Source: a virus. Taken from it: DNA of 64,000 nt. Position 1 is the first letter of the stretch, and each line of letters begins with the position of its first letter. The notes below the pieces were generated by a model. It worked only from the letters and a program-made list of their open reading frames with translations. It was not told the origin of the DNA and made no database searches. The position numbers and the translations under genes were made by a program. Below, in pieces: positions 48,258 to 60,057 of this stretch. Location of the stretch: the IMG/VR virus record IMGVR_UViG_3300047157_000162, positions 1-64,000 of that record, one strand, 5' to 3'.

Positions 48258-48953
48258 TTAAGATTTTTCGTTTATGTCTTCTTGTTGTATTTTTTGAGCT
48301 GCTACTTGTATTATAGTAGGATCTTGTATTATAACACCTGAGTATAATAATATACCTGTAACAACATCAACTTGCTCAGATGGATGTAGTTCAAAGTTTA
48401 CTGAAGAACTAGCGTCATAGATATATTGCCCTAAGCTACCAACTGAATATCCCCAATTTATCATTGAAGGTTGTTTCAAGTAAGATACTTGAATATTAGA
48501 TGTTATGCTTGTTGGATATACACTTATTTTAGTGTCTTCGTATAAAAATACAGGTTGTTTTTTAGTTGGTGCAAGTAATGGTGCTTTCTTTATTTTGTAC
48601 CATTTGTTTCTTTCTACCATTTGAGCTTCAATAGTATCGTCGTAGATAACAGTACCTAGCCTATAAAAGTTTGGCAATGAAGCAGTTGTGAAGTGATCTA
48701 CTGAAAAAGTAGGTGTAGCTATTGTTTTAAATATATCTAGTTTTTCTTCTAGGTTTTTAACTCTGTTAGCATACTCGTTGTCATTTTCAGGTATACGTAA
48801 CTGTTGATTCAGATCACTCATATATTTTTCAAATATACCTTGCTGAACTTGATTACCTACTTTATTAAACTCGTCTGGAGTTATATAACCTCTTTGCTGT
48901 TGGTTAAGTATTAATAAGACAGTTTTATAAACTAAATCTACATTTATAGCCAT
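48258..48953 (-). CDS. head-tail adaptor/neck protein
   Basis: LNQQQRGYITPDEFN...YLKQP...FELHPSE; downstream of the capsid genes. Confidence 0.65.
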   Translation of the reverse strand: MAINVDLVYKTVLLILNQQQRGYITPDEFNKVGNQVQQGIFEKYMSDLNQQLRIPENDNEYANRVKNLEEKLDIFKTIATPTFSVDHFTTASLPNFYRLGTVIYDDTIEAQMVERNKWYKIKKAPLLAPTKKQPVFLYEDTKISVYPTSITSNIQVSYLKQPSMINWGYSVGSLGQYIYDASSSVNFELHPSEQVDVVTGILLYSGVIIQDPTIIQVAAQKIQQEDINEKS

Positions 48954-49011
48954 TATTTATTTTTTTATTATAATACCAGCCAGCCACGTTAAGTGACCAG
49001 CTAATATTAAT

Positions 49012-49036
49012 ATTACATGTTATTCTAAGTTTTTCT
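49012..49036 (-). promoter_or_regulatory. class 2 promoter motif (weaker), followed by a leader hairpin at 48970-49008
   Basis: minus strand AGAAAAA-N11-ATGTAAT. Confidence 0.45.
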
Positions 49037-49863
49037 CTACTGACCTATAAACTTCTACGCCTTCATCGGTTTTAAAGTAAGCTGCCATTGCAGAGTATGG
49101 GATTTTCATCAAAAGGTACAGTCATTAACTTTCTACCGTTTGATCCCCAAGTAAATGTTCTTTGATCTTGTGACAATTTAATAATACCCATTTCGGAAGC
49201 TTTTATAGCTATGTTTCTTAATTGTACATTATCGTCATTTGCTAATTCCATAAACAAATCTGGTTGTCTTTTAGCAAACAATAATAGATCTCTCTTTAGT
49301 TCTTTAGTTGTCATGGTTGAAACTTTAGACCCTAACTCAACGCGAAGTATTGCTTCAGCATCATCAACATCCATAGTTCTTGCAGCCATCATTGCATCTA
49401 TTTGAACTTCTAAATCTTCTAATTCATCTTCGGCTATAGCTACTGGATTATGCTCGTAGTATTTATTACCTAATAATGGATGATATAAAGATAGTAATTT
49501 TTGTAAGTTTTGTTGTTCCTTTTTAACATAAAGAGCACCATCTTTAAACATTATATGCCCTAATGTTGCTTGACCGTTTTGTTCATCTATAAAAGGAGAG
49601 TTTTGATTGGTTGCATACCTAATCTCTCTTTGAATACCTTTTTCTTTATCAAAATATAACAAAGGATGTCTTGATGTATGTTTTGATGAAATTGTAAGAG
49701 TTAGAGGCGCTTGACCTATAACTATATACATTCTATCTTTTATTTCCCAACTTGGTTTTGCTGGTTCTTGTTTTTTTGGAGCAGTCATTACTTCTTGCTC
49801 TTGTACTATTTCTTTATTTGCTACAGGCTTTTTAGCTGTAGGCTTTTTTGCATTTGCTGCCAT
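49020..49863 (-). CDS. conserved phage protein downstream of the capsid gene (true C-terminus ...ENPYSAMAAYFKTDEG...LE after a frameshift)
   Basis: ORF 49072..49863; one extra C in aatcccatac, with the corrected frame ending at 49020. Confidence 0.65.
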
Positions 49864-49891
49864 AATATAATATAATAAAATTTTTAATAAG

Positions 49892-49933
49892 AGTAATAAT
49901 TACCCCTGTCAGTTCAACAAGGGTAACTACTAC
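49892..49933 (-). terminator. hairpin/terminator after the major capsid gene
   Basis: gtagtagttaccc...ggggtaattattac inverted repeat followed by a T/A-rich tract. Confidence 0.55.
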
Positions 49934-49949
49934 ATTAATTTAATCGGTA

Positions 49950-51421
49950 CTAGTCTGTGAATAACACAAAGTTGTTAGCCGCTTGAGTCACTAAACATCT
50001 TTCAGATAAGAAGTGAACCTCCATAGCATCTAAATCAGAAGTAGCAGCGCCACCTACAGATCCAGTGATCCAGTTTTTCATTCTTCTATCATCAGCTTGA
50101 GAAGCTCTATATCTTACGTGTAAGAAAGGTCTTCTGATGTTAGTTCCTAATATTTGATCGTAAACTGTAGAAGTTCCAGCAGGTACTAATACTCCTTCGA
50201 TTCCAGCATCAGCAACACCTCCACGAGTAGAAGCATCGTTTAAGTATTTCCAGTCAGTTTTGTAGAAGTCATAAGAACCTCTTCTGAATCCAGAGAAACC
50301 TAAGTTCAATGCCATTTCTTCAGAATTTTCGAATACACCAAAAGAACTACCACCGTTGTAAGCAGCTGTTCCAGCTTGTTGTCCAACTCCAGCTAACATA
50401 TCATCAAAGTCTAGAGAAGTTTCTCTATTTAAGAATAACATGTTTTCTTCGATAGCTCCTTGAGTATCTAAGTTTTTAAGAATTGAATCAAACTGAGCTA
50501 AACCAGTTGCTGCAGTAAAGTCTACTAATACATTTCCACGGCTTTTAACAGCAGCGAAAAGACCTTCAGTACCTTTAGCGGTTGTAGTTGAACTTCCAGA
50601 TTTTAATTCACCTTCTACCATAGACATTTCTAAGTAGTCTTCAAAACGTAATCTTGTTTCAGATTCAGCTTTTAAGTACCATAAGAAACCTCCTTGACCA
50701 GACTCAGTAGCTACTTCAACCCATCCAATCTGAGCAGTGTCAGATCCGTTGATTGCATACTTGTCTTTAATGATAATAGGAGAGTTAGAATATTGAGTGA
50801 AAGAAGGTGTTACAGAAATTCTGTTAGCATCTCCAGTTCCTTTTCCGTACTCAGATCCATATACAAAGATTTTAAGATTTGGTGCACCAGTTACTAAATC
50901 AACATCAGTTCCACGTTTTGATCTACTGCTTCTTGAGTATAAGGTGCTACAGTTAATTCACCAGCTGCTAAAGAGCTACCAGGAGTTGCTCCAGAAGCAA
51001 CAACGTAACAGTTTAATTCTGCCCCATTTGCTGGATTCATCACTACAATTGTAGAACCAGGAGATACAACATTTTGAATAAGAGTTGCTCCAGATCCTCC
51101 AACAGGAATAGTTAAAGTAGAAACTTTAGATGGAGTTGTACCTGTTACAGCGGCTGTTACATTCTCGTAAGAGATGTGTAATCTATTTTGCTCAGACCAT
51201 ACTACTTGATCAGAAGTCATTGGCATTTCAGCTCCTACCATTCTTAAGAAACCACCTAAGGTTCTGTTTCCATAACGCTCTACTTCAGCTTCATAGATTT
51301 CTGGTAAGTACTGTTGTGCGAAATCATTCGTACCATCAGTAAAGTTTAAATAATTGCCTTCTAAGGCTTGCTTTTTTTGCGTTGGGATTAAGCTTCCAAA
51401 CGCTGGGCTTACATTTGCCAT
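49950..51421 (-). CDS. major capsid protein (about 490 aa, split by one missing base near 50913)
   Basis: LPEIYEAEVERYGNRT..., continuing as GTDVDLVTGAPNLKIFVYGSEY...WYLKAESETRLRFEDYLEMSM...GTEGLF; between the scaffold gene and a terminator. Confidence 0.85.
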
Positions 51422-51436
51422 AATTTTTTAATTTTT

Positions 51437-52564
51437 TTAGTTAAATTTTTTTGTTTTAATTCTAAGTTTAGAAGAATCATAACCGCTTATTGACTTAACT
51501 TTTATTCCGTTCACAAACTCACTAGAGCTAGTTTGCCTTGGCTCTGTACTTGGATTTTTAGAATTGCTAACTATTTCTTTAGTAGCATCTGTTCTTCCTT
51601 GTTCATAAAAATGATTAATAATCTTGTCAGCATTTGAAGCGATATAAATAGCTTTGTGATAACCTTTCGTGTCTTTTATATTACCGCTTTCGTCAAGAAA
51701 CTTTCCTACGAAATTGTTAATGCTTGATTGGTTCTCTGCAACTTTATTAGGATCTTGTAAACCATATCTAAACTTCTTTTTACCTACATTGAAGTCAAAA
51801 CCTTTGAATTCATTAGTAAAGTAATCATTTGTTTTTGATTTAAAGTCCGAATGCTGTTGCTCAGCTATCTTCTGATCTTCTTGATATCGGTTGAAAAACT
51901 CTGTTGCTTTTTGTTGTTCCTGAGTAACGCCGGGTCTCAACTTGATTTCGTCGTAATATTTACTCTTGGTTTTTTCCAAAAAGCTTTTAGCTTTTCCAAC
52001 TTCTTCTTTAAACGCAATTTTCTTTTTGCGTATATCTCTTTCCTCATCTATGTCTTCATCATAATCGTAGTCTTCTAATAGTAGGCTAACGTCATCTGAT
52101 TCTAAATAAGGTTTTGTTTGTTTGTAATATTCTTTTAATAGTGTTTTATCATCAACACTTGAGTAGTCTGCGTTTAATCTAACGTAGTCTTCCACTGATC
52201 CACCTGTCTCTTCCATAAAAGTAACAAGCTTATCTATGTTTTCCGGTAGCACTCTTTGTTCAGCTACTGGCTGAGGTTGTTGTTCAATAACTTTTTCAGG
52301 CTCTTGAGTAGGCTCTTCATCTACAATTTCTATAATACCATCTTGTGCCGTATTCTCTGGTGTATCGTTAACAACCACTACAGGTTCCTCTGTTACATCT
52401 TCTTTTACCTCTGGTATTACTACCTTAGCAACTTCTTCAGCTACTGGTTCTTTTACTTCATCTATGTTAACCTTTATAGGTTCATTAGATTGATTGCCTA
52501 ATTTTTTAGGACTTGTTTTCTTGGATTTAATTTTAAAATCCCCTTCTTGTTTTACTTCTGACAT
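51437..52564 (-). CDS. capsid scaffolding protein
   Basis: very acidic low-complexity N-terminus, coiled coil, between portal and capsid genes. Confidence 0.7.
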   Translation of the reverse strand: MSEVKQEGDFKIKSKKTSPKKLGNQSNEPIKVNIDEVKEPVAEEVAKVVIPEVKEDVTEEPVVVVNDTPENTAQDGIIEIVDEEPTQEPEKVIEQQPQPVAEQRVLPENIDKLVTFMEETGGSVEDYVRLNADYSSVDDKTLLKEYYKQTKPYLESDDVSLLLEDYDYDEDIDEERDIRKKKIAFKEEVGKAKSFLEKTKSKYYDEIKLRPGVTQEQQKATEFFNRYQEDQKIAEQQHSDFKSKTNDYFTNEFKGFDFNVGKKKFRYGLQDPNKVAENQSSINNFVGKFLDESGNIKDTKGYHKAIYIASNADKIINHFYEQGRTDATKEIVSNSKNPSTEPRQTSSSEFVNGIKVKSISGYDSSKLRIKTKKFN

Positions 52565-52594
52565 AATATAATATAATTAAATAATTGTTTAGTA

Positions 52595-55004
52595 TCACCT
52601 AGGCTCGAACTGTTCTAGTCCAAAACCACCTAGATTATCATTACCAGCGGATTCAAAATCCGTAGGTAGCAAATCATTTTGTCTTTGATTTATTAACTCT
52701 GATTGTTGTGTTCCTTGTATTCTAACTCTTTTATCTTTTCTATCTTCTGTAGCAGCTTCTTTCTGCTTTTGAACATCAGCTTGAGCTTTAGCTAATTGAA
52801 GCTGGTAGTTAAACTCTTCAGCCATTAACTCTCTTTTTATTTGAGCTTCAGTTTGCATTCTTTGTATTTCAAACTGCGACTTAGCTTGCTCTATGCTTAC
52901 CTTCTCTTGAGTGAGTGCTTGTTGTTTTTGTACTTCAGCCATAGCGGCTTTTTCCGCAGACTCTGCATTTGCTTGTGCTTGTGCTTGAATATTAGCTTGT
53001 TGCTGTTCTTGTTCTCTTTTTATTTTTTGACTTTTGTCTCATCTTTAAGAACTGATTAGCTAGCTTTATGTTCTTAATATCTCTAATATCTATAGCGTCA
53101 GATAAAGCAATTGCTTGTGTTTGTAAAGCAACTTGTATGTTTTGTTCTAATAAAGCTTTTTCTTCATCCTCTGGTTCTAGTTCTAAGTAAATACCAAAAT
53201 CATGAAGCTGCAAATTAATTAATTCTTCTAGAGTTTTTGTATTAAACGTGCTTATAGCGTTTGTCAAAGCATTTTCAGTTAAAGGGTTTTCAATAACATC
53301 AGCTACTTTTAAACTTATATTTTCACAAGTTCTAACTGTTAAGTATAACAAAGAATCTAATACATGCTTAGTTGCAATATTAGAAGCGTTAGCAGCCATT
53401 TTTTGCAAACCTAGCAATGAATCTTTATTTGGAGCGCTACCATCTCTAGCTTCGTTTAATCCGGTCACGTCCCTTATCATTTGTAAATAGTACTGATATG
53501 TACCTATTAAACTTTGTATTTTTGCTTGACCGCTTGAAGATGATAATTCTTGTACAGGCACTTTACCTCTATTCAATTCACCATCTTGTGTAAGTGATCT
53601 ACCTACAACAGAACCTGTTTGAAAATACATGTTTAATGCTTCAGCTGGATTGTATGTTGTGCCATTACCCAAGTCGACTTCTGCTAAACCATCCATATCT
53701 AAGAATACACCATCTGGTACTATTCTAGACATCACTTGTTGTAATTTAAGGTGCGTTATTTGGATCATATCAGCAAAGCTAGTAATTTTACTAACTATAG
53801 ACTCTATACGTCCCTTATACATTCTAGGTGCTGATATACAGTAATTCATCATTACTTTTGTAGTATCAGCTGTTGGTCTAGTCATATTTTCAGCCAACTT
53901 CCATTCTAGCATCATATTTGTACCTAGTACTTTTGCCCCAGTGTATAAAACTTCTATTGTTCTAGATATTCTTTCAAAGTTATCGTTAACTGGTGGATTA
54001 AATGTGTCAGGCTTTTCTAAAGTTTTTTCTAACCCTTGATCTGTTTTCTTTATTTTAAATACCTGATCTGAGTATGTTTTGTATTCAAAGTATAAAACTT
54101 GAATAGTATTTTCATCGTAATTACCCCAGTTTGTTACATACTGAGAATTACCAGGCATATCCTGTATCTTTTCCAACTCTGATGCCGATAATGATGGAAA
54201 TTGTTTTTTAAGTTCTGCTAAAGATATAGATTTCACCTCACCTACATAATATATATCTTCAAAGTTTGGATCTTCTGTATATGAATAAATCATATTAGCA
54301 GGGTCAACATAGTCAGTAACTATACCCTCTGACTTATTAAATGATGTTTTAACAGCTCCAATACCTATAGTTGTTAAATCGTGTGCTAAACGTTTTTTCG
54401 TCTCATTGTACTTGTTAAATGAAAGAACATTGTTTATAACCTCTTCTTCAGCTATCTCCACGTTCTGCTTGTAAGTCATCTGCATATGTATATCAAGCTC
54501 TTCCTTGCTTTGAGGTAAAGCTTCTAAGTCACCTGTCATAGAAAAGTCCATGCCTAAGTTTTGCTGTATGTTTTGTAGAGCTTCTTTAGTATTCATGTCT
54601 CTCTCAACAGCTGCAGCGTAATCAGTTCTACTTTTAACAGAAAAAGGATCTTGAGCAAATGCACTTATTTCATAAGTTTTATTTGACATTCCATTTACAA
54701 CAATGTCAACAAATTTTGATATAACTGGTATTGGTTTCCAATCTAAATTAAGATAAGATAAATCGCCATTTATAGACAACTCATCTTTGTACTTTTGTAT
54801 TGATTGCTCTCCTCTAGCATATAATCGTAGTGAGTGAAAGCTATTCCAATTATTTAAGTATCTATTACCGTTACCTCTTCCTTGATTGAACCATTCTTGT
54901 TCAATAGCTCTAGAGACTTGCAAGCCGTAATCGTAACTAGCTTTTACTTCGTCGCTAACAACCTGGTTAGGGAAAGAACTATCGGTATTTGTTTGTATTT
55001 TCAT
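52595..55004 (-). CDS. portal protein (about 800 aa, frameshift near 53030)
   Basis: follows the terminase; LDWKPIPVISKFVDIVVNG, IRDVTGLNEARDG; Q-rich coiled tail in ORF 52595..52942. Confidence 0.85.
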
Positions 55005-57215
55005 TTATCTTAATATTTTAGACGTAGAACCTCTATTGTCATATCTTTTAATTCCTAAATCGTAAACCTTTTTTTGCACTGGACTGACCGGTGAATATAA
55101 GTTTTTGTTACAAGCCATTATTGCTAACCCTGAACTTATAGAAGCATCATGCTTTGTTCTATTGTTTATATTGAATTTGCCCCAGTCTTCTAATGTTCTT
55201 TGAAAGTACATATCTCCATAACCAGCTTCTGTTCGTCCAACACAAGTTTCTATATATGATTCTATAGCTGCAGCGTGTGCCTGCTTTATATCTTCACTGG
55301 AGTTTGGTATACCACCTATTTCTCTTTCAGTTACAGATAATTTGTTTAATCTTTTATCAGGTCTGTTCATTGAGAAGCCTCTATAACCTCTTCTTTTAAA
55401 ATGATACAGTAATCTAGGTTTATTATTTTCCGCAAGTAATGGCATACCGTAAAATATGCAAGCCATCAATACATCTTCAAAAAATATCTCAGCAGTTTGA
55501 GGTCTAGCTATATATTCTAAAAAGAATCTATTAGGCGGAACATCTTCCATACTAAACTTAGTTAAACCGTGCAAAGCTCCGTTAGAACCTCTTTTATCAA
55601 CCGTACCTGATATATCATAACTGTCACACCCAAAAGCGCCACAGTGTTCGTTACCTGGATATTTTGTATTACCTTTTACTATAACTCTATTTTGCATTTG
55701 TACAGGTGGTACCCAACTAACGTTGAACCTACCGTTTTTATTTGGTACAAATATCACCTTAGTGTCTTTTATACCGTTCTCCCACATAAAACTTCCAGTG
55801 GTTATTATCGATGTATTTCTAAGGTCTTCGTTATAATCTATTTGTTCGTATATCTTTGTTAAGTTAAACAGAGATTGTTTTGCTTCATCCCTAAAAGCGT
55901 GTTGCTCTGTTCTTGGAAACTGACGGTAGTATTCGTTTAAACCATCTTGATCTCCTTTTAATCCTTCAACTTCATTGTTCCAGTATTCAATTACACCTTG
56001 TCTTATAGGTGATCCGTCAGGACCTTCAACTGGTTTTTTTGGCGTTTCAAATACAGGAAATCCATAAGAATCAATGTATCCCTCGTAGTTCCATTCCATA
56101 GGAATGAACAAGCTATAGAGTCCCGAACGAGTCTGTCCATTTGCATTTCTTTTTGTTGCGTCGGAGTCATAGTATAGTTTTTTAAAGTTCTCACCACCTT
56201 TGTCTAAAGCATTTGATGTACTACCCATCATACACTTACCTATAATTTTTGAACCTAATCTCAAACAAGTTTTTGTAACTCTCCAGTTATTTAATATGTT
56301 TGTAGGTCTTTCCCATTTACCACTTTCATCGTGGACTAATAGTTTTAATTTTTCCCCGTCGTACGAGTTGTCTCCGGTGTTTTTCCAGTCGATCGTGGTA
56401 TCGAGACCGGTAATTTCTTGTAGCTTTTCATTGGTATCAAGCTTTTTTCTCGTAAATTTAGAGGCCGGGACTCTGTACGCGAGCTCCGTTTTTGGCCTGT
56501 CCATACCGTCCTGGATTGGTTTGAAGAAGAACGGGTAATTAACTGAGATGGGTACAACTTTATCTGTAAACATCTTTTTTGCATCTGGACCAGACTTTGA
56601 TAAAATGCCGAATCTGGAGTCTGTTGATATTGTAGCTTGATTAACCGTTTCGCCTGAGGCCATGAAAGAAAACCCTGACCGTCTGTTCTTAAGATAGCAC
56701 ATTCCGTAACAACGAACATCTGATTTACAAGCTTCCCAGAATATAAAGAATAATCTGTTTGACTCCCTAAAGTCTGCTGCCCCAACATCAATTTTGGACC
56801 ACTGCAAGTACATGTAGTGAGTACCAGTAATATAAGAAGGCTTGTCTTTATTAAAAAACCAAAAACCTTCTTCACGCCTTTTAAATTCTGTATCAATATA
56901 GTCATACCACTTTTCTTTAAATTGTGAAGGGTATTCGTCCCAATCAAATACCGATTTTATCTTTGAAAGCTCTTTTGGGTATTCCGTGTGTTTCCACTTG
57001 TCTCCTTCAAATTTAATAACATCATCTTTCTTTGGCAATGCTATTTTTACTCCTTGTATTTCGTAAACCTCTCCTATCTGCCCGGTCTTACTGATTACAA
57101 CTACGTCGTATTCTTCGTTATAACCGTACTCCCATTTCTTATACCTGTTTAACCTTTTTAATATCTTAGGTTTGATATAGTCTTTTAATACTGCTACTAA
57201 GGTTTGTTCGTACAT
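55005..57215 (-). CDS. terminase large subunit
   Basis: LKNRRSGFS Walker A variant, VHDESGKW Walker B, GST, GCDSYD nuclease motif, HDASIS. Confidence 0.9.
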   Translation of the reverse strand: MYEQTLVAVLKDYIKPKILKRLNRYKKWEYGYNEEYDVVVISKTGQIGEVYEIQGVKIALPKKDDVIKFEGDKWKHTEYPKELSKIKSVFDWDEYPSQFKEKWYDYIDTEFKRREEGFWFFNKDKPSYITGTHYMYLQWSKIDVGAADFRESNRLFFIFWEACKSDVRCYGMCYLKNRRSGFSFMASGETVNQATISTDSRFGILSKSGPDAKKMFTDKVVPISVNYPFFFKPIQDGMDRPKTELAYRVPASKFTRKKLDTNEKLQEITGLDTTIDWKNTGDNSYDGEKLKLLVHDESGKWERPTNILNNWRVTKTCLRLGSKIIGKCMMGSTSNALDKGGENFKKLYYDSDATKRNANGQTRSGLYSLFIPMEWNYEGYIDSYGFPVFETPKKPVEGPDGSPIRQGVIEYWNNEVEGLKGDQDGLNEYYRQFPRTEQHAFRDEAKQSLFNLTKIYEQIDYNEDLRNTSIITTGSFMWENGIKDTKVIFVPNKNGRFNVSWVPPVQMQNRVIVKGNTKYPGNEHCGAFGCDSYDISGTVDKRGSNGALHGLTKFSMEDVPPNRFFLEYIARPQTAEIFFEDVLMACIFYGMPLLAENNKPRLLYHFKRRGYRGFSMNRPDKRLNKLSVTEREIGGIPNSSEDIKQAHAAAIESYIETCVGRTEAGYGDMYFQRTLEDWGKFNINNRTKHDASISSGLAIMACNKNLYSPVSPVQKKVYDLGIKRYDNRGSTSKILR

Positions 57216-57490
57216 TATCTAGATCTTCCTTCTGCAAAACCTTTAAAAGCTTTTTCTTCCTTAGCTTCTTTTGGGTTTTCATTTAATCTTTCATCCTCCT
57301 CTTCTATTCTAGCAAGTATTTCAAAAGCATCGAATATAGCTAATTTTTTAGTTGCGGCAGCATTTTTAAGTCTGTCAGCTGATAAATCATCTTCTGAGTC
57401 AACGATCTTTTCTTCTGCCACTTTAATTAACTCCTTAACTGCTTTTTGCCCAGCTAGGATTATATTCTTCTTGGTTTCTTTTGTATTCAT
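57215..57490 (-). CDS. terminase small subunit (putative)
   Basis: 91-aa helical protein immediately upstream of TerL. Confidence 0.55.
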   Translation of the reverse strand: MNTKETKKNIILAGQKAVKELIKVAEEKIVDSEDDLSADRLKNAAATKKLAIFDAFEILARIEEEDERLNENPKEAKEEKAFKGFAEGRSR

Positions 57491-58040
57491 ACTTAATTAC
57501 AATATCATTAGATTTCATACAATAAACTCTTTGATCGTCTATTATAAAATCCCATTCACTGCCGGGTGTAAACCCTACTGTGTCCCCTGGATTGATATTA
57601 AGCGCTTTTAAAGAACTATTACCTATTTTTAATATACCAATAAGGTCTTGCTCTTTTTGTGATCTTAAAGTGTCTTTGTTTTTTAAAGGCATTACAAAGC
57701 ATCTGTCTCCAAATGATTTCCAATCCCCTGTATTTTTATACAAATATATTTGATCTGCCGAACAAAAGTGTAAGTCATCTTTAAAATGAGATCTACTTCT
57801 TTTCTTATTACCTCGGATATCATAAAAAACTCTAAATACATTATGATGTATTACTATGATATCGCCTTTTTTTATACTTGTTTTAAAAGCTTTTGGTGTT
57901 TCAACAACTATAGCTAAATTGTTTACAGACTTAAAGTCTTCAATTTTAGTGTTTAGTATTAATGTAACGTCGCCTAGCTTTACCTTGTTATCGTATCTAT
58001 CGCCAATAGGTTTGACGATAAAATCGTATAGACTTCTCAT
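57435..58040 (-). CDS. tandem two-domain GroES-like co-chaperonin
   Basis: two units: FIVKP...AIVVETP...IKKGDIIV and GDRCFVMPL...INPGDTVGF...IDDQRVYCMKSNDI. Confidence 0.6.
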   Translation of the reverse strand: MRSLYDFIVKPIGDRYDNKVKLGDVTLILNTKIEDFKSVNNLAIVVETPKAFKTSIKKGDIIVIHHNVFRVFYDIRGNKKRSRSHFKDDLHFCSADQIYLYKNTGDWKSFGDRCFVMPLKNKDTLRSQKEQDLIGILKIGNSSLKALNINPGDTVGFTPGSEWDFIIDDQRVYCMKSNDIVIKYEYKRNQEEYNPSWAKSS

Positions 58041-58268
58041 TTAATATTCTAAATCATACTCAACGGATATTGCCATGTTAGAATTAAACTTCTTCCATGG
58101 CATCACCTCATTTCCTTTCTTTATGTAAATACTGTAAGAATTAGATTGTGTGTCATGTAGTATGCAATCTATAGTATGTCCACCATAAACGTTTTGCCCT
58201 ACTGAATAGTGCATAGCGTCATTCTTATAGTCAGAACCTATACTTATTTTTCTTACAACAGAACTCAT
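58041..58268 (-). CDS. conserved hypothetical protein
   Basis: 75-aa ORF in the packaging operon. Confidence 0.6.
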   Translation of the reverse strand: MSSVVRKISIGSDYKNDAMHYSVGQNVYGGHTIDCILHDTQSNSYSIYIKKGNEVMPWKKFNSNMAISVEYDLEY

Positions 58269-58528
58269 TATTCCGCTATCTCAAGAGTTTTTGTTTCTTC
58301 TTCTTGCTTAGCTTCTTCATAAGTACCATCAGCTAAGTTTACAGTGATGTCACCATACTCTTCTCTGATTTCAGCCTTAATACCATCTAATTCTTTTACA
58401 GCTTCAAAATGTGCTGATAGGTATTCTGCTTTTCTTGCCTCTAAAAATCCTACTTCTGTAAGTATAGAGTTCATTTTTCCTGTTGCGTCTTTAATAGACT
58501 TTAATTGTTCATCTGTTAATTTTCCCAT
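58268..58528 (-). CDS. coiled-coil hypothetical protein
   Basis: 86 aa, EEYGDITVNLADG C-terminal motif. Confidence 0.6.
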   Translation of the reverse strand: MGKLTDEQLKSIKDATGKMNSILTEVGFLEARKAEYLSAHFEAVKELDGIKAEIREEYGDITVNLADGTYEEAKQEEETKTLEIAE

Positions 58529-58563
58529 TTTATTTAATTTAATTGGTTACTGTTATTACTATT

Positions 58564-58587
58564 ATTACTTGTTTTTAATCTTTTTAC
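58564..58587 (-). promoter_or_regulatory. class 2 promoter motif for the packaging/head operon
   Basis: minus strand GTAAAAA-N10-AAGTAAT. Confidence 0.55.
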
Positions 58588-58985
58588 TTTTTAAATAAAG
58601 GTCCTAGCTTATCTACTATTTTCTCACCACTTCTACCAATTACATAACCTCCAATACCTATTTCTAGTAATTGCCAAAACTCAGGCTCTAAAACAGGTGT
58701 TACAAGTCTTGTAGATAACTGTGATATAAACTTAGTGTATATGATTATAAAACCAAATGAAAGCATTAGTATTGGTCTCCAGCTTCTCTGCAACCAATTA
58801 CCCTTAGCTTCTGCTACAATAATCTCAGTTTGCATTTTTTGAAGCTCTAATTGGGCATCTTGTAATACTTTAAATATTTCATTTCTAGCATTTAACCTTT
58901 CTTCTTCGCTGGTAAATAAGCTATCAACTACATCACCAACTTGTTTAAAGACTTTAGTACTGAAAAATTCTAATATCTTTTTCAC
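58584..58985 (-). CDS. holin (GTA/3TM-type)
   Basis: AEAKGNWLQRSWRP, hydrophobic segments, GGYVIGRSGEK. Confidence 0.8.
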   Translation of the reverse strand: MKKILEFFSTKVFKQVGDVVDSLFTSEEERLNARNEIFKVLQDAQLELQKMQTEIIVAEAKGNWLQRSWRPILMLSFGFIIIYTKFISQLSTRLVTPVLEPEFWQLLEIGIGGYVIGRSGEKIVDKLGPLFKK

Positions 58986-58989
58986 TTTT

Positions 58990-59721
58990 TTAAGAATTAC
59001 CTTTACGTTTAGCTCTTTTAGCTAGTCTTTCTGATTTAGCTGTTAATTGAGCTCTATAAGAAGGATTTTTAGATTTTTTTGCTTTTGCTGAAGCTGCTTC
59101 AGATTTAGATTTAGCTTTGTTAGCTCTCATCTGTGATTTAGATACACCTGCTGCTTTATCTGCTTTCTTTCTTTTTCTTATAGCTTTTCTAGAGTTGTCT
59201 TTAGGCGCGGTTTTTACAGTAGGTTTTTTACTAACATTTACATCAGAAGCTTTAGGTGCTTCAATTGTCCTTTCTATCTTCTTAGCTTTTGGCGCTTGTA
59301 TTGTTTTAGCTTTTGCTCTAGTTCTTGGCGGGGTTTTAGTGTTTGAAGTAGTTGTTTTTCTTTTCTTAACCTCTTCAACTGCTTTTTTACCAGTAACAAA
59401 ATCAGTTCCAGATTTTCCAAAACCTGTATCGAATTCAATATTTTGCTTTGGTCCTTGTATAGGTTTAGAAGGGTCTATTGGTGCAGGAGTTGTTTTTTTA
59501 ACTGTACTTAATCTACCTTGAGCAGATTTGTATTTATTTTCTGCAAGATAATTTCTAACTCTAGAATGTTCTTTTGGATTATAACTACTGTAGTCTGATA
59601 CTATTTTAGTATCTTTCTCAGGGCTGTACTTAGATTTATTACCTCTATTGTTAGCATAAGGATTTTTTGGGTCAAAATTAAGCGGTGACTCTGATATGAA
59701 TTTTTTTATTTTAAATGCCAT
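58990..59721 (-). CDS. highly basic K/A-rich late protein (possible DNA-condensing/internal protein)
   Basis: C-terminal half dominated by K, A, R; N-terminal MAFK...SPL. Confidence 0.55.
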   Translation of the reverse strand: MAFKIKKFISESPLNFDPKNPYANNRGNKSKYSPEKDTKIVSDYSSYNPKEHSRVRNYLAENKYKSAQGRLSTVKKTTPAPIDPSKPIQGPKQNIEFDTGFGKSGTDFVTGKKAVEEVKKRKTTTSNTKTPPRTRAKAKTIQAPKAKKIERTIEAPKASDVNVSKKPTVKTAPKDNSRKAIRKRKKADKAAGVSKSQMRANKAKSKSEAASAKAKKSKNPSYRAQLTAKSERLAKRAKRKGNS

Positions 59722-59726
59722 GATTT

Positions 59727-60044
59727 TTATTTATTTTTTGTTTTTGTATATGCTTCTTTTTCCCAGGGTAAGTTTTTAGCTCCTTCCTGCATTTTAGCTC
59801 TTGAATATTTTTTACCTTTCCAGTAAACATTGTTATCGTCGTAATCTAAATCACCACGTTTCATTTGGTCTATGTGCACCATTTCATGAGATATAACATG
59901 CTCTCTTTTGTTTGGATCTAGGTCTTTACTTATAATTATAGTACCATTGTTATTAGCTTTACCTAAAACACCTTGCTCCATATCTACGCTGTAAATAGGA
60001 GTGTTATCACAATTATAAGGTGGGTTGTTTAGTTTAAAAGCCAT
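59727..60044 (-). CDS. small zincin-like metallopeptidase
   Basis: ISHEMVHIDQ (HExxH) with downstream PWEKEAY. Confidence 0.7.
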   Translation of the reverse strand: MAFKLNNPPYNCDNTPIYSVDMEQGVLGKANNNGTIIISKDLDPNKREHVISHEMVHIDQMKRGDLDYDDNNVYWKGKKYSRAKMQEGAKNLPWEKEAYTKTKNK

Positions 60045-60057
60045 ACAAAAACTTATA

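Noticed and set aside
50890-50930. Frameshift inside the major capsid gene as programmed recoding
   Set aside because: No slippery heptamer is present. Similar single-base indels break the portal (about 53030) and the genes at about 49100, 41840, 41445, 40900-41350, 10860, 13030 and 63740, which points to sequencing or assembly error; read inspection would settle it.
52590-52620. Possible class 2 promoter variant upstream of the scaffold gene (CTAGAAC-N11-AGGTGAT)
   Set aside because: Too divergent from the other copies to support.
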